DNA of 64,000 nucleotides from Balanoglossus misakiensis (Eukaryota > Animalia > Hemichordata): contig CM082585.2 of NCBI GenBank assembly GCA_040954595.2, positions 11,077,995 through 11,141,994 of the forward strand, written 5' to 3'. Positions 34,901 to 50,880 of the stretch are shown here, in pieces. The notes beneath the pieces are model-generated. The model did no database searches and was not told where the DNA came from. It saw nothing but the letters and a program-made list of their open reading frames with translations. Each line of letters starts with the position of its first letter. Position 1 is the first letter of the stretch. The position numbers and the translations under genes were made by a program.

Positions 34901-37900
34901 AATGAGAATTTTTCGACTTTGCGGAATTTCAAAATTTGGCCGATTTTTGAAAAAATCATGGGTTATAGCTCATGAAAATCATCCGAAAATGAGAATTTTT
35001 CGACTTTGCGGAATTTTAAAATTTGGCCGATTTTGAAAAAATCATGGGTTATAGCTCATGAAAATCATCCGAAAATGAGAATTTTTCGACTTTGCGGAAT
35101 TTCAAAATTTGGCCGATTTTTGAAAAAATCATGGGTTATAGCTCATGAAAATCATCCGAAAATGAGAATTTTTCGACTTTGCGGAATTTCAAAATTGGCC
35201 GATTTTTGAAAAAATCATGGGTTATAGCTCATGAAAATCATCCGAAAATGAGAATTTTTCGACTTTGCGGAATTTCAAAATTTGGCCGATTTTTGAAAAA
35301 TCATGGGTTATAGCTCATGAAAATCATCCGAAAATGAGAATTTTTCGACTTTGCGGAATTTCAAAATTTGGCCGATTTTTGAAAAAATCATGGGTTATAG
35401 CTCATGAAAATCATCCGAAAATGAGAATTTTTCGACTTTGCGGAATTTCAAAATTTGGCCGATTTTTTGAAAAAATCATGGGTTATAGCTCATGAAAATC
35501 ATCCGAAAATGAGAATTTTTCGACTTTGCGGAATTTCAAAATTTGGCCGATTTTTGAAAAAATCATGGGTTATAGCTCATGAAAATCATCCGAAAATGAG
35601 AATTTTTCGACTTTGCGGAATTTCAAAATTTGGCCGATTTTTTGAAAAAATCATGGGTTATAGCTCATGAAAATCATCCGAAAATGAGAATTTTTCGACT
35701 TTGCGGAATTTCAAAATTTGGCCGATTTTTGAAAAAATCATGGGTTATAGCTCATGAAAATCATCCGAAAATGAGAATTTTTCGACTTTGCGGAATTTCA
35801 AAATTTGGCCGATTTTTGAAAAAATCATGGGTTATAGCTCATGAAAATCATCCGAAAATGAGAATTTTCGACTTTGCGGAATTTCAAAATTTGGCCGATT
35901 TTTGAAAAAATCATGGGTTATAGCTCATGAAAACCATTTGAAAATGAGAATTTTTCGACTTTGCGGAATTTCAAAATTTGGCCGATTTTTGAAAAAAATC
36001 ATGGGTTATAGCTCATGAAAATCATCCGAAAATGAGAATTTTTCGACTTTGCGGAATTTCAAAATTTGGCCGATTTTTGAAAAAATCATGGGTTATAGCT
36101 CATGAAAATCATCCGAAAATGAGAATTTTTCGACTTTGCGGAATTTCAAAATTTGGCCGATTTTTGAAAAAATCATGGGTTATAGCTCATGAAAATCATC
36201 CGAAAATGAGAATTTTTCGACTTTGCGGAATTTCAAAATTTGGCCGATTTTTGAAAAAATCATGGGTTATAGCTCATGAAAATCATCCGAAAATGAGAAT
36301 TTTCGACTTTGCGGAATTTCAAAATTTGGCCGATTTTTGAAAAAATCATGGGTTATAGCTCATGAAAATCATCCGAAAATGAGAATTTTTCGACTTTGCG
36401 GAATTTCAAAATTTGGCCGATTTTTGAAAAAATCATGGGTTATAGCTCATGAAAATCATCCGAAAATGAGAATTTTCGACTTTGCGGAATTTCAAAATTT
36501 GGCCGATTTTTGAAAAAATCATGGGTTATAGCTCATGAAAATCATCCGAAAATGAGAATTTTTCGACTTTGCGGAATTTCAAAATTTGGCCGATTTTTGA
36601 AAAAATCATGGGTTATAGCTCATGAAAATCATCCGAAAATGAGAATTTTTCGACTTTGCGGAATTTCAAAATTTGGCCGATTTTGAAAAAATCATGGGTT
36701 ATAGCTCATGAAAATCATCCGAAAATGAGAATTTTTCGACTTTGCGGAATTTCAAAATTTGGCCGATTTTTGAAATAATCATGGGTTATAGCTCATGAAA
36801 ATCATCCGAAAATGAGAATTTTTCGACTTTGCGGAATTTCAAAATTTGGCCGATTTTTGAAAAAATCATGGGTTATAGCTCATGAAAATCATCCGAAAAT
36901 GAGAATTTTCGACTTTGCGGAATTTCAAAATTTGGCCGATTTTTGAAAAAATCATAGGTTATAGCTCATGAAAATCATCCGAAAATGAGAATTTTCGACT
37001 TTGCGGAATTTCAAAATTTGGCCGATTTTTGAAAAAATCATGGGTTATAGCTCATGAAAATCATCCGAAAATGAGAATTTTCGACTTTGCGGAATTTCAA
37101 AATTTGGCCGATTTTTGAAAAAATCATGGGTTATAGCTCATGAAAATCATCCGAAAATGAGAATTTTTCGACTTTGCGGAATTTTAAAATTTGGCCGATT
37201 TTTGAAAAAATCATGGGTTATAGCTCATGAAAATCATCCGAAAATGAGAATTTTTCGACTTTGCGGAATTTCAAAATTTGGCCGATTTTTGAAAAAATCA
37301 TGGGTTATAGCTCATGAAAATCATCCGAAAATGAGAATTTTTCGACTTTGCGGAATTTCAAAATTTGGCCGATTTTTGAAAAAATCATGGGTTATAGCTC
37401 ATGAAAATCATCCGAAAATGAGAATTTTTCGACTTTGCGGAATTTCAAAATTTGGCCGATTTTTGAAAAAATCATGGGTTATAGCTCATGAAAATCATCC
37501 GAAAATGAGAATTTTTCGACTTTGCGGAATTTCAAAATTTGGCCGATTTTTGAAAAAATCATGGGTTATAGCTCATGAAAATCATCCGAAAATGAGAATT
37601 TTTCGACTTTGCGGAATTTCAAAATTTGGCCGATTTTTGAAAAAATCATGGGTTATAGCTCATGAAAATCATCCGAAAATGAGAATTTTTCGACTTTGCG
37701 GAATTTCAAAATTTGGCCGATTTTTGAAAAAATCATGGGTTATAGCTCATGAAAATCATCCGAAAATGAGAATTTTTCGACTTTGCGGAATTTCAAAATT
37801 TGGCCGATTTTTGAAAAAATCATGGGTTATAGCTCATGAAAATCATCCGAAAATGAGAATTTTTCGACTTTGCGGAATTTCAAATTTGGCCGATTTTTGA

Positions 37901-40900
37901 AAAAATCATGGGTTATAGCTCATGAAAATCATCCGAAAATGAGAATTTTTCGACTTTGCGGAATTTCAAAATTTGGCCGATTTTTGAAAAAAATCATGGG
38001 TTATAGCTCATGAAAATCATCCGAAAATGAGAATTTTTCGACTTTGCGGAATTTCAAAATTTGGCCGATTTTTGAAAAAATCATGGGTTATAGCTCATGA
38101 AAACCATTTGAAAATGAGAATTTTTCGACTTTGCGGAATTTCAAAATTTGGCCGATTTTTGAAAAAAATCATGGGTTATAGCTCATGAAAATCATCCGAA
38201 AATGAGAATTTTTCGACTTTGCGGAATTTCAAAATTTGGCCGATTTTTGAAAAAATCATGGGTTATAGCTCATGAAAATCATCCGAAAATGAGAATTTTT
38301 CGACTTTGCGGAATTTCAAAATTTGGCCGATTTTTGAAAAAATCATGGGTTATAGCTCATGAAAATCATCCGAAAATGAGAATTTTTCGACTTTGCGGAA
38401 TTTCAAAATTTGGCCGATTTTTGAAAAAATCATGGGTTATAGCTCATGAAAATCATCCGAAAATGAGAATTTTTCGACTTTGCGGAATTTCAAAATTTGG
38501 CCGATTTTTGAAAAAATCATGGGTTATAGCTCATGAAAATCATCCGAAAATGAGAATTTTTCGACTTTGCGGAATTTCAAAATTTGGCCGATTTTTGAAA
38601 AAATCATGGGTTATAGCTCATGAAAATCATCCGAAAATGAGAATTTTTCGACTTTGCGGAATTTCAAAATTTGGCCGATTTTTGAAAAAATCATGGGTTA
38701 TAGCTCATGAAAATCATCCGAAAATGAGAATTTTTCGACTTTGCGGAATTTCAAAATTTGGCCGATTTTTGAAAAAATCATGGGTTATAGCTCATGAAAA
38801 TCATCCGAAAATGAGAATTTTTCGACTTTGCGGAATTTCAAAATTTGGCCGATTTTTGAAAAAATCATGGGTTATAGCTCATGAAAATCATCCGAAAATG
38901 AGAATTTTTCGACTTTGCGGAATTTCAAAATTTGGCCGATTTTTGAAAAAAATCATGGGTTATAGCTCATGAAAATCATCCGAAGATGAGAATTTTTCGA
39001 CTTTGCGGAATTTCAAAATTTGGCCGATTTTTGAAAAAATCATGGGTTATAGCTCATGAAAATCATCCGAAAATGAGAATTTTTCGACTTTGCGGAATTT
39101 CAAAATTTGGCCGATTTTTGAAAAAATCATGGGTTATAGCTCATGAAAATCATCCGAAAATGAGAATTTTTCGACTTTGCGGAATTTCAAAATTTGGCCG
39201 ATTTTTGAAAAATCATGGGTTATAGCTCATGAAAATCATCCGAAAATGAGAATTTTTCGACTTTGCGGAATTTCAAAATTTGGCCGATTTTTGAAAAAAT
39301 CATGGGTTATAGCTCATGAAAATCATCCGAAAATGAGAATTTTTCGACTTTGCGGAATTTCAAAATTTGGCCGATTTTTGAAAAATCATGGGTTATAGCT
39401 CATGAAAATCATCCGAAAATGAGAATTTTTCGACTTTGCGGAATTTCAAAATTTGGCCGATTTTTGAAAAAATCATGGGTTATAGCTCATGAAAATCATC
39501 CGAAAATGAGAATTTTTCGACTTTGCGGAATTTCAAAATTTGGCCGATTTTGAAAAAATCATGGGTTATAGCTCATGAAAATCATCCGAAAATGAGAATT
39601 TTTCGACTTTGCGGAATTTCAAAATTTGGCCGATTTTTGAAAAAATCATGGGTTATAGCTCATGAAAATCATCCGAAAATGAGAATTTTCGACTTTGCGG
39701 AATTTCAAAATTTGGCCGATTTTTGAAAAATCATGGGTTATAGCTCATGAAAATCATCGAAAATGAGAATTTTTCGACTTTGCGGAATTTCAAAATTTGG
39801 CCGATTTTTGAAAAATCATGGGTTATAGCTCATGAAAATCATCCGAAAATGAGAATTTTTCGACTTTGCGGAATTTCAAAATTTGGCCGATTTTTGAAAA
39901 AATCATGGGTTATAGCTCATGAAAATCATCCGAAAATGAGAATTTTTCGACTTTGCGGAATTTCAAAATTTGGCCGATTTTTGAAAAAATCATGGGTTAT
40001 AGCTCATGAAAATCATCCGAAAATGAGAATTTTTCGACTTTGCGGAATTTCAAAATTTGGCCGATTTTTGAAAAAATCATGGGTTATAGCTCATGAAAAT
40101 CATCCGAAAATGAGAATTTTTCGACTTTGCGGAATTTCAAAATTTGGCCGATTTTGAAAAAATCATGGGTTATAGCTCATGAAAATCATCCGAAAATGAG
40201 AATTTTTCGACTTTGCGGAATTTCAAAATTTGGCCGATTTTTGAAAAAATCATGGGTTATAGCTCATGAAAATCATCCGAAAATGAGAATTTTTCGACTT
40301 TGCGGAATTTCAAAATTTGGCCGATTTTTGAAAAAATCATGGGTTATAGCTCATGAAAATCATCCGAAAATGAGAATTTTTCGACTTTGCGGAATTTCAA
40401 ATTTGGCCGATTTTTGAAAAAATCATGGGTTATAGCTCATGAAAATCATCCGAAAATGAGAATTTTTCGACTTTGCGGAATTTCAAAATTTGGCCGATTT
40501 TTGAAAAAATCATGGGTTATAGCTCATGAAAATCATCCGAAAATGAGAATTTTTCGACTTTGCGGAATTTCAAAATTTGGCCGATTTTGAAAAAATCATG
40601 GGTTATAGCTCATGAAAATCATCCGAAAATGAGAATTTTTCGACTTTGCGGAATTTCAAAATTTGGCCGATTTTTGAAAAAATCATGGGTTATAGCTCAT
40701 GAAAATCATCCGAAAATGAGAATTTTTCGACTTTGCGGAATTTCAAAATTTGGCCGATTTTTGAAAAAATCATGGGTTATAGCTCATGAAAATCATCCGA
40801 AAATGAGAATTTTTTGACTTTGCGGAATTTCAAAATTTGGCCGATTTTTGAAAAAATCATGGGTTATAGCTCATGAAAATCATCCGAAAATGAGAATTTT

Positions 40901-43900
40901 CGACTTTGCGGAATTTCAAAATTTGGCCGATTTTTGAAAAATCATGGGTTATAGCTCATGAAAATCATCCGAAAATTGAGAATTTTTCGACTTTGCGGAA
41001 TTTCAAAATTTGGCCGATTTTTGAAAAAATCATGGGTTATAGCTCATGAAAACCATTTGAAAATGAGAATTTTCGACTTTGCGGAATTTCAAAATTTGGC
41101 CGATTTTTGAAAAAATCATGGGTTATAGCTCATGAAAATCATCCGAAAATGAGAATTTTTCGACTTTGCGGATTTCAAAATTTGGCCGATTTTTGAAAAA
41201 ATCATGGGTTATAGCTCATGAAAATCATCCGAAAATGAGAATTTTTCGACTTTGCGGAATTTCAAAATTTGGCCGATTTTTGAAAAAATCATGGGTTATA
41301 GCTCATGAAAATCATCCGAAAATGAGAATTTTTCGACTTTGCGGAATTTCAAAATTTGGCCGATTTTTGAAAAAAATCATGGGTTATAGCTCATGAAAAT
41401 CATCCGAAAATGAGAATTTTTCGACTTTGCGGAATTTCAAAATTTGGCCGATTTTTGAAAAAATCATGGGTTATAGCTCATGAAAATCATCCGAAAATGA
41501 GAATTTTTCGACTTTGCGGAATTTCAAAATTTGGCCGATTTTTGAAAAAATCATGGGTTATAGCTCATGAAAATCATCCGAAAATGAGAATTTTTCGACT
41601 TTGCGGAATTTCAAAATTTGGCCGATTTTTGAAAAAATCATGGGTTATAGCTCATGAAAATCATCCGAAAATGAGAATTTTTCGACTTTGCGGAATTTCA
41701 AAATTTGGCCGATTTTTGAAAAAATCATGGGTTATAGCTCATGAAAATCAATCGAAAATGAGAATTTTTCGACTTTGCGGAATTTCAAAATTTGGCCGAT
41801 TTTTGAAAAAATCATGGGTTATAGCTCATGAAAATCATCCGAAAATGAGAATTTTTCGACTTTGCGGAATTTCAAAATTTGGCCGATTTTTGAAAAAATC
41901 ATGGGTTATAGCTCATGAAAACCATTTGAAAATGAGAATTTTTCGACTTTGCGGAATTTCAAAATTTGGCCGATTTTTGAAAAAAATCATGGGTTATAGC
42001 TCATGAAAATCATCCGAAAATGAGAATTTTTCGACTTTGCGGAATTTCAAAATTTGGCCGATTTTTGAAAAAATCATGGGTTATAGCTCATGAAAATCAT
42101 CCGAAAATGAGAATTTTTCGACTTTGCGGAATTTCAAAATTTGGCCGATTTTTGAAAAAATCATGGGTTATAGCTCATGAAAATCATCCGAAAATGAGAA
42201 TTTTTCGACTTTGCGGAATTTCAAAATTTGGCCGATTTTTGAAAAAAATCATGGGTTATAGCTCATGAAAATCATCCGAAAATGAGAATTTTTCGACTTT
42301 GCGGAATTTCAAAATTTGGCCGATTTTTGAAAAAATCATGGGTTATAGCTCATGAAAATCATCCGAAAATGAGAATTTTTCGACTTTGCGGAATTTCAAA
42401 ATTTGGCCGATTTTTGAAAAAATCATGGGTTATAGCTCATGAAAATCATCCGAAAATGAGAATTTTTCGACTTTGCGGAATTTCAAAATTTGGCCGATTT
42501 TTGAAAAAATCATGGGTTATAGCTCATGAAAATCATCCGAAAATGAGAATTTTTCGACTTTGCGGAATTTCAAAATTTGGCCGATTTTTGAAAAAATCAT
42601 GGGTTATAGCTCATGAAAATCATCCGAAAATGAGAATTTTTCGACTTTGCGGAATTTCAAAATTTGGCCGATTTTTGGAAAAATCATGGGTTATAGCTCA
42701 TGAAAATCATCCGAAAATGAGAATTTTTCGACTTTGCGGAATTTCAAAATTTGGCCGATTTTTGAAAAAATCATGGGTTATAGCTCATGAAAATCATCCG
42801 AAAATGAGAATTTTTCGACTTTGCGGAATTTCAAAATTTGGCCGATTTTTGAAAAAATCATGGGTTATAGCTCATGAAAATCATCCGAAAATGAGAATTT
42901 TTCGACTTTGCGGAATTTCAAAATTTGGCCGATTTTTGAAAAAATCATGGGTTATAGCTCATGAAAATCATCCGAAAATGAGAATTTTTTGACTTTGCGG
43001 AATTTCAAAATTTGGCCGATTTTTGAAAAAATCATGGGTTATAGCTCATGAAAATCATCCGAAAATGAGAATTTTTCGACTTTGCGGAATTTCAAAATTT
43101 GGCCGATTTTTGAAAAAATCATGGGTTATAGCTCATGAAAATCATCCGAAAATGAGAATTTTTCGACTTTGCGGAATTTCAAAATTTGGCCGATTTTTGA
43201 AAAAATCATGGGTTATAGCTCATGAAAACCATCCGAAAATGAGAATTTTTCGACTTTGCGGAATTTCAAAATTTGGCCGATTTTTGAAAAAATCATGGGT
43301 TATAGCTCATGAAAATCATCCGAAAATGAGAATTTTTCGACTTTGCGGAATTTCAAAATTTGGCCGATTTTTGAAAAAATCATGGGTTATAGCTCATGAA
43401 AATCATCCGAAAATGAGAATTTTTCGACTTTGCGGAATTTCAAAATTTGGCCGATTTTTGAAAAAATCATGGGTTATAGCTCATGAAAATCATCCGAAAA
43501 TGAGAATTTTTCGACTTTGCGGAATTTCAAAATTTGGCCGATTTTTGAAATGAAAATCATCCGAAAATGAGAATTTTTCGACTTTGCGGAATTTCAAAAT
43601 TTGGCCGATTTTTGAAAAAATCATGGGTTATAGCTCATGAAAATCATCCGAAAATGAGAATTTTTCGACTTTGCGGAATTTCAAAATTTGGCCGATTTTT
43701 GAAAAAATCATGGGTTATAGCTCATGAAAATCATCCGAAAATGAGAATTTTTCGACTTTGCGGAATTTCAAAATTTGGCCGATTTTTGAAAAAATCATGA
43801 GTTATAGCTCATGAAAATCATCCGAAAGTGAGAATTTTTCGACTTTGCGGAATTTCAAAATTTGGCCGATTTTTGAAAAAATCATGGGTTATAGCTCATG

Positions 43901-44830
43901 AAAATCATCCGAAAGTGAGAATTTTTCGACTTGCGGAATTTCAAAATTTGGCCGTTTTTTGAAAAAATCATGGGTTATAGCTCATGAAAATCATCCGAAA
44001 ATGAGAATTTTTCGACTTTGCGGAATTTCAAAATTTGGCCGATTTTTGAAAAAATCATGGGTTATAGCTCATGAAAATCATCCGAAAATGAGAATTTTTC
44101 GACTTTGCGGAATTTCAAAATTTGGCCGATTTTTGAAAAAATCATGGGTTATAGCTCATGAAAATCATCCGAAAATGAAAATTTTTCGACTTTGCGGAAT
44201 TTCAAAATTTGGCCGATTTTTGAAAAAATCATGGGTTATAGCTCATGAAAATCATCCGAAAATGAGAATTTTTCGACTTTGCGGAATTTCAAAATTTGGC
44301 CGATTTTTGAAAAAATCATGGGTTATAGCTCATGAAAATCATCCGAAAGTGAGAATTTTTCGACTTTGCGGAATTTCAAAATTTGGCCGATTTTTGAAAA
44401 AATCATGGGTTATAGCTCATGAAAATCATCCGAAAGTGAGAATTTTTCGACTTTGCGGAATTTCAAAATTTGGCCGATTTTTGAAAAAATCATGGGTTAT
44501 AGCTCACGAAAATCGTCAAAAAATGACAAAAATTTTCGACTTTCCGAAATTTCAAAATTTCTTCATTTTTTGAAAAAATCATGGGTTATAGCTCACGAAA
44601 ATCGTCAAAAAATGACCAATTTTCGACTTTCCGAAATTTCAAAATTTCTTCATTTTTTGAAAAAAATCATGGGTTATAGCTCACGAAAATCGTCAAAAAA
44701 TGACGAATTTTAGACTTTCCGAAATTTCAAAATTTCTTCATTTTTTGAAAAAAATCATGGGTTATAAATTTCAAAATTTCTTCATGAAAATTGTCAAAAA
44801 ATGACAAATTCCTGACTTCCCGCTAATTTT
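22955..44830. mobile_element. Foldback/TIR element whose interior is the amplified 87-bp satellite
   Basis: 22965-23001 and the reverse complement of 44782-44818 match at 35/37 nt. There is an additional inner hairpin 23016-23042/23058-23084 (24/27). No transposase ORF is present. Confidence 0.7.
23104..44780. repeat. 87-bp tandem satellite, ~250 copies, two sub-types (A and B) in alternating blocks
   Basis: Type A core is cacgaaaatcgtcaaaaaatgacgaattttcgactttccgaaatttcaaaatttcttcatttttt. Type B core is catgaaaatcatccgaaaatgagaatttttcgactttgcggaatttcaaaatttggccgattttt. Both share gaaaaaatcatgggttatagct. The 29-aa periodicity in the ORF track confirms the 87-bp unit. Confidence 0.99.
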
Positions 44831-45299
44831 AGAGCCAACTGTGTTTATGCAGGAAACAGCCAATTAGGGACTTGCATTCATTCGAGTAAGCGAGTCAGGA
44901 AAAGCAAATCTTACTTCGTGAAGAATATAAGCTCTGTACGAAGAACAATAAATATCAAATGCACGCCGACGACGCTTTAGATGTTCTTACCGTTAAAAAT
45001 ATTTATTTTATTGTCTTTATTGCTTTATTGTAAACTTTATATCAGAAAGACCATCCCATTCAATAGATTTTTGCAAAATTAAAATTTCAAACTAAAACTA
45101 GTAGCCCATTTGTAAAATATTTTATAGGCCTCTTTTTATTGGTTTTATCCGTTTCGTAAATAGTAATTTAAATTGTGCTGAGCAAACATCCGGTATCAAT
45201 GCTCCTGTTCCAAAAGTTATTACAAAAATATGGTGCATATACAATAACCATTCTGGGGTTTCAGTTTTGATTTTGTGACTGACGAATCTCCGGGACCAA

Positions 45300-49172
<3,873 letters not shown>

Positions 49173-50880
49173 TATGTATTCTTGCTGGCGTGGAAGCAGG
49201 CGATCCGGACAGCTTATTGGTACAGGTTACAGGGTTTCAACCAAGGCGTGTTGATGGCAGTTCACAGTGCAAGCCCTGGGCGGTGGTGACGTTCAGTGAT
49301 GGACTCTGCAATACTCCGAATACCAAACTATTGTTGTTTTTATCAATTCTTGGCGATTTAGCATACCAATGACGAATGAGTGCTGTCCCGTGATTGCCTG
49401 AAATTGTCATTGATAAAAGAATAGCGAATCACGACCCTCGATACATAACAATAACTGCATGAAAGAAATTTGCATTGGTATTCAGGACCTGGTGGGTTCA
49501 TGAATATTTCACATATACAAATTACAATAGAGGACGGAAGCGATATGACAATACAGTGATGGCGTTCAAAGCCACCAATACATTCCAGTTATACCCTGCT
49601 CCACAGACCCTAACCCGCACAAACCTTCCAGACCACTGATAGCAAAGATTTATAAACAACACCTGCAACTACCAGAGAATTAATGACATCACCCGCAGAT
49701 ACCATCTCATTCTATCGGTACAGTACTTAGTGAATGAACTTTCACAAGTACGATCCCAAAGCAAGGTAATTAACACACCACGACTGCCCTGACAGTGCAA
49801 GGTGTGGCCGTACTCAATCGTAATCGTCATTGCTATTATATAACGTGAAAATGATTCGGCATGCCAATACGGGCGCGAGCAGTGAATATACCGATATTGT
49901 CACCTGCGTCATTTTGGCTTCAACATTATCACCTGACCGGTATTCATACTGTAAGAATACGGGTAGAACTGGTATTACTAAGGGCTTGGTGAGTCGTGCG
50001 ATAGGGTTGCCTATTCCACTTATGATTCTGGTTTCAAATCAACGTGGCGGCACCGCGTGTTATTGTACTCTAGGAGAATTGCGCACTTGGTCGTGATCAC
50101 ACTAAATGTATGGTAAATTTGAGTGTATTGATAATGTTCCAAACACTGGCCGCCATGTCGCGTACAGACTTGTAGAACTCGGACAATACTTTTACGACCA
50201 GTGTAATCTGAATACTTATGCGCTTCATGTCAAGCAAACAATTCTACGAACACTATCACTTTCCGAACCAGACTTTGAATAGGGCAGCTCAATAGAAATT
50301 TCAATCAAAAACTCCTTCACAGAACTTGAAAATTGCGTTTTATTCATCATAAAATAATCCATGTTAAACTATAAAAAAACATTACAAAAATTACACCATA
50401 AAAATAGCCTAGGCGTGAAACTAAAATCGAATTCTAACAATTTTCTAAAAGTTGAAAACATGATTCTCATCCCATGGTTGTGTGAGCAGCGCAACTAACA
50501 CGCCCTCTACGACAAAAAACACGGGAAACCATCAACCCTCACCAACAAAAGTAAAACAAGAGTTGTCCATGCCAATCTCGTCGTCAGAGAAAAGAAAAAA
50601 ACATAACAAACCCAGCAAAGTTATTTTACACTTGAATAAAAATAAATAAAGTAAAACATTCAAATAAAAACACAACATATAGTTAATTTCATTTCATTAG
50701 AGTGAATTGTTGAACGCAAAGTATTATTCCCCAGTTTAAAATTGGTCGGAGGTGACGATTTTTGGCCAACGTGCACGATTGTGATAAAGTCAACAAAACT
50801 TGGCCTACTAAAAAGAACCGAATGGCAAACTTTATGGTCAGTCTTTTTGGTCTCACGCAGTATATCTGTGGACAGCGGGC

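Noticed and set aside
33100-41200. Higher density of 1-bp indels in the middle of the array as a sign of older, decayed repeats
   Set aside because: Almost all are homopolymer length changes, which is more consistent with low-coverage long-read consensus error.
23056-44713. Long ORFs (up to 511 aa) made of KKSWVIAHENHPKMRIFRLCGISKFGRFL repeats
   Set aside because: These are an artefact of an 87-bp (3 x 29) monomer with a stop-free frame. Frames are broken at random by homopolymer indels and there is no sign of codon-level constraint.
23104-44780. CRISPR-like array (constant gaaaaaatcatgggttatagctca plus a variable part)
   Set aside because: The intervening sequences are not unique spacers, only two sub-types. 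There are no cas genes and the context is eukaryotic.
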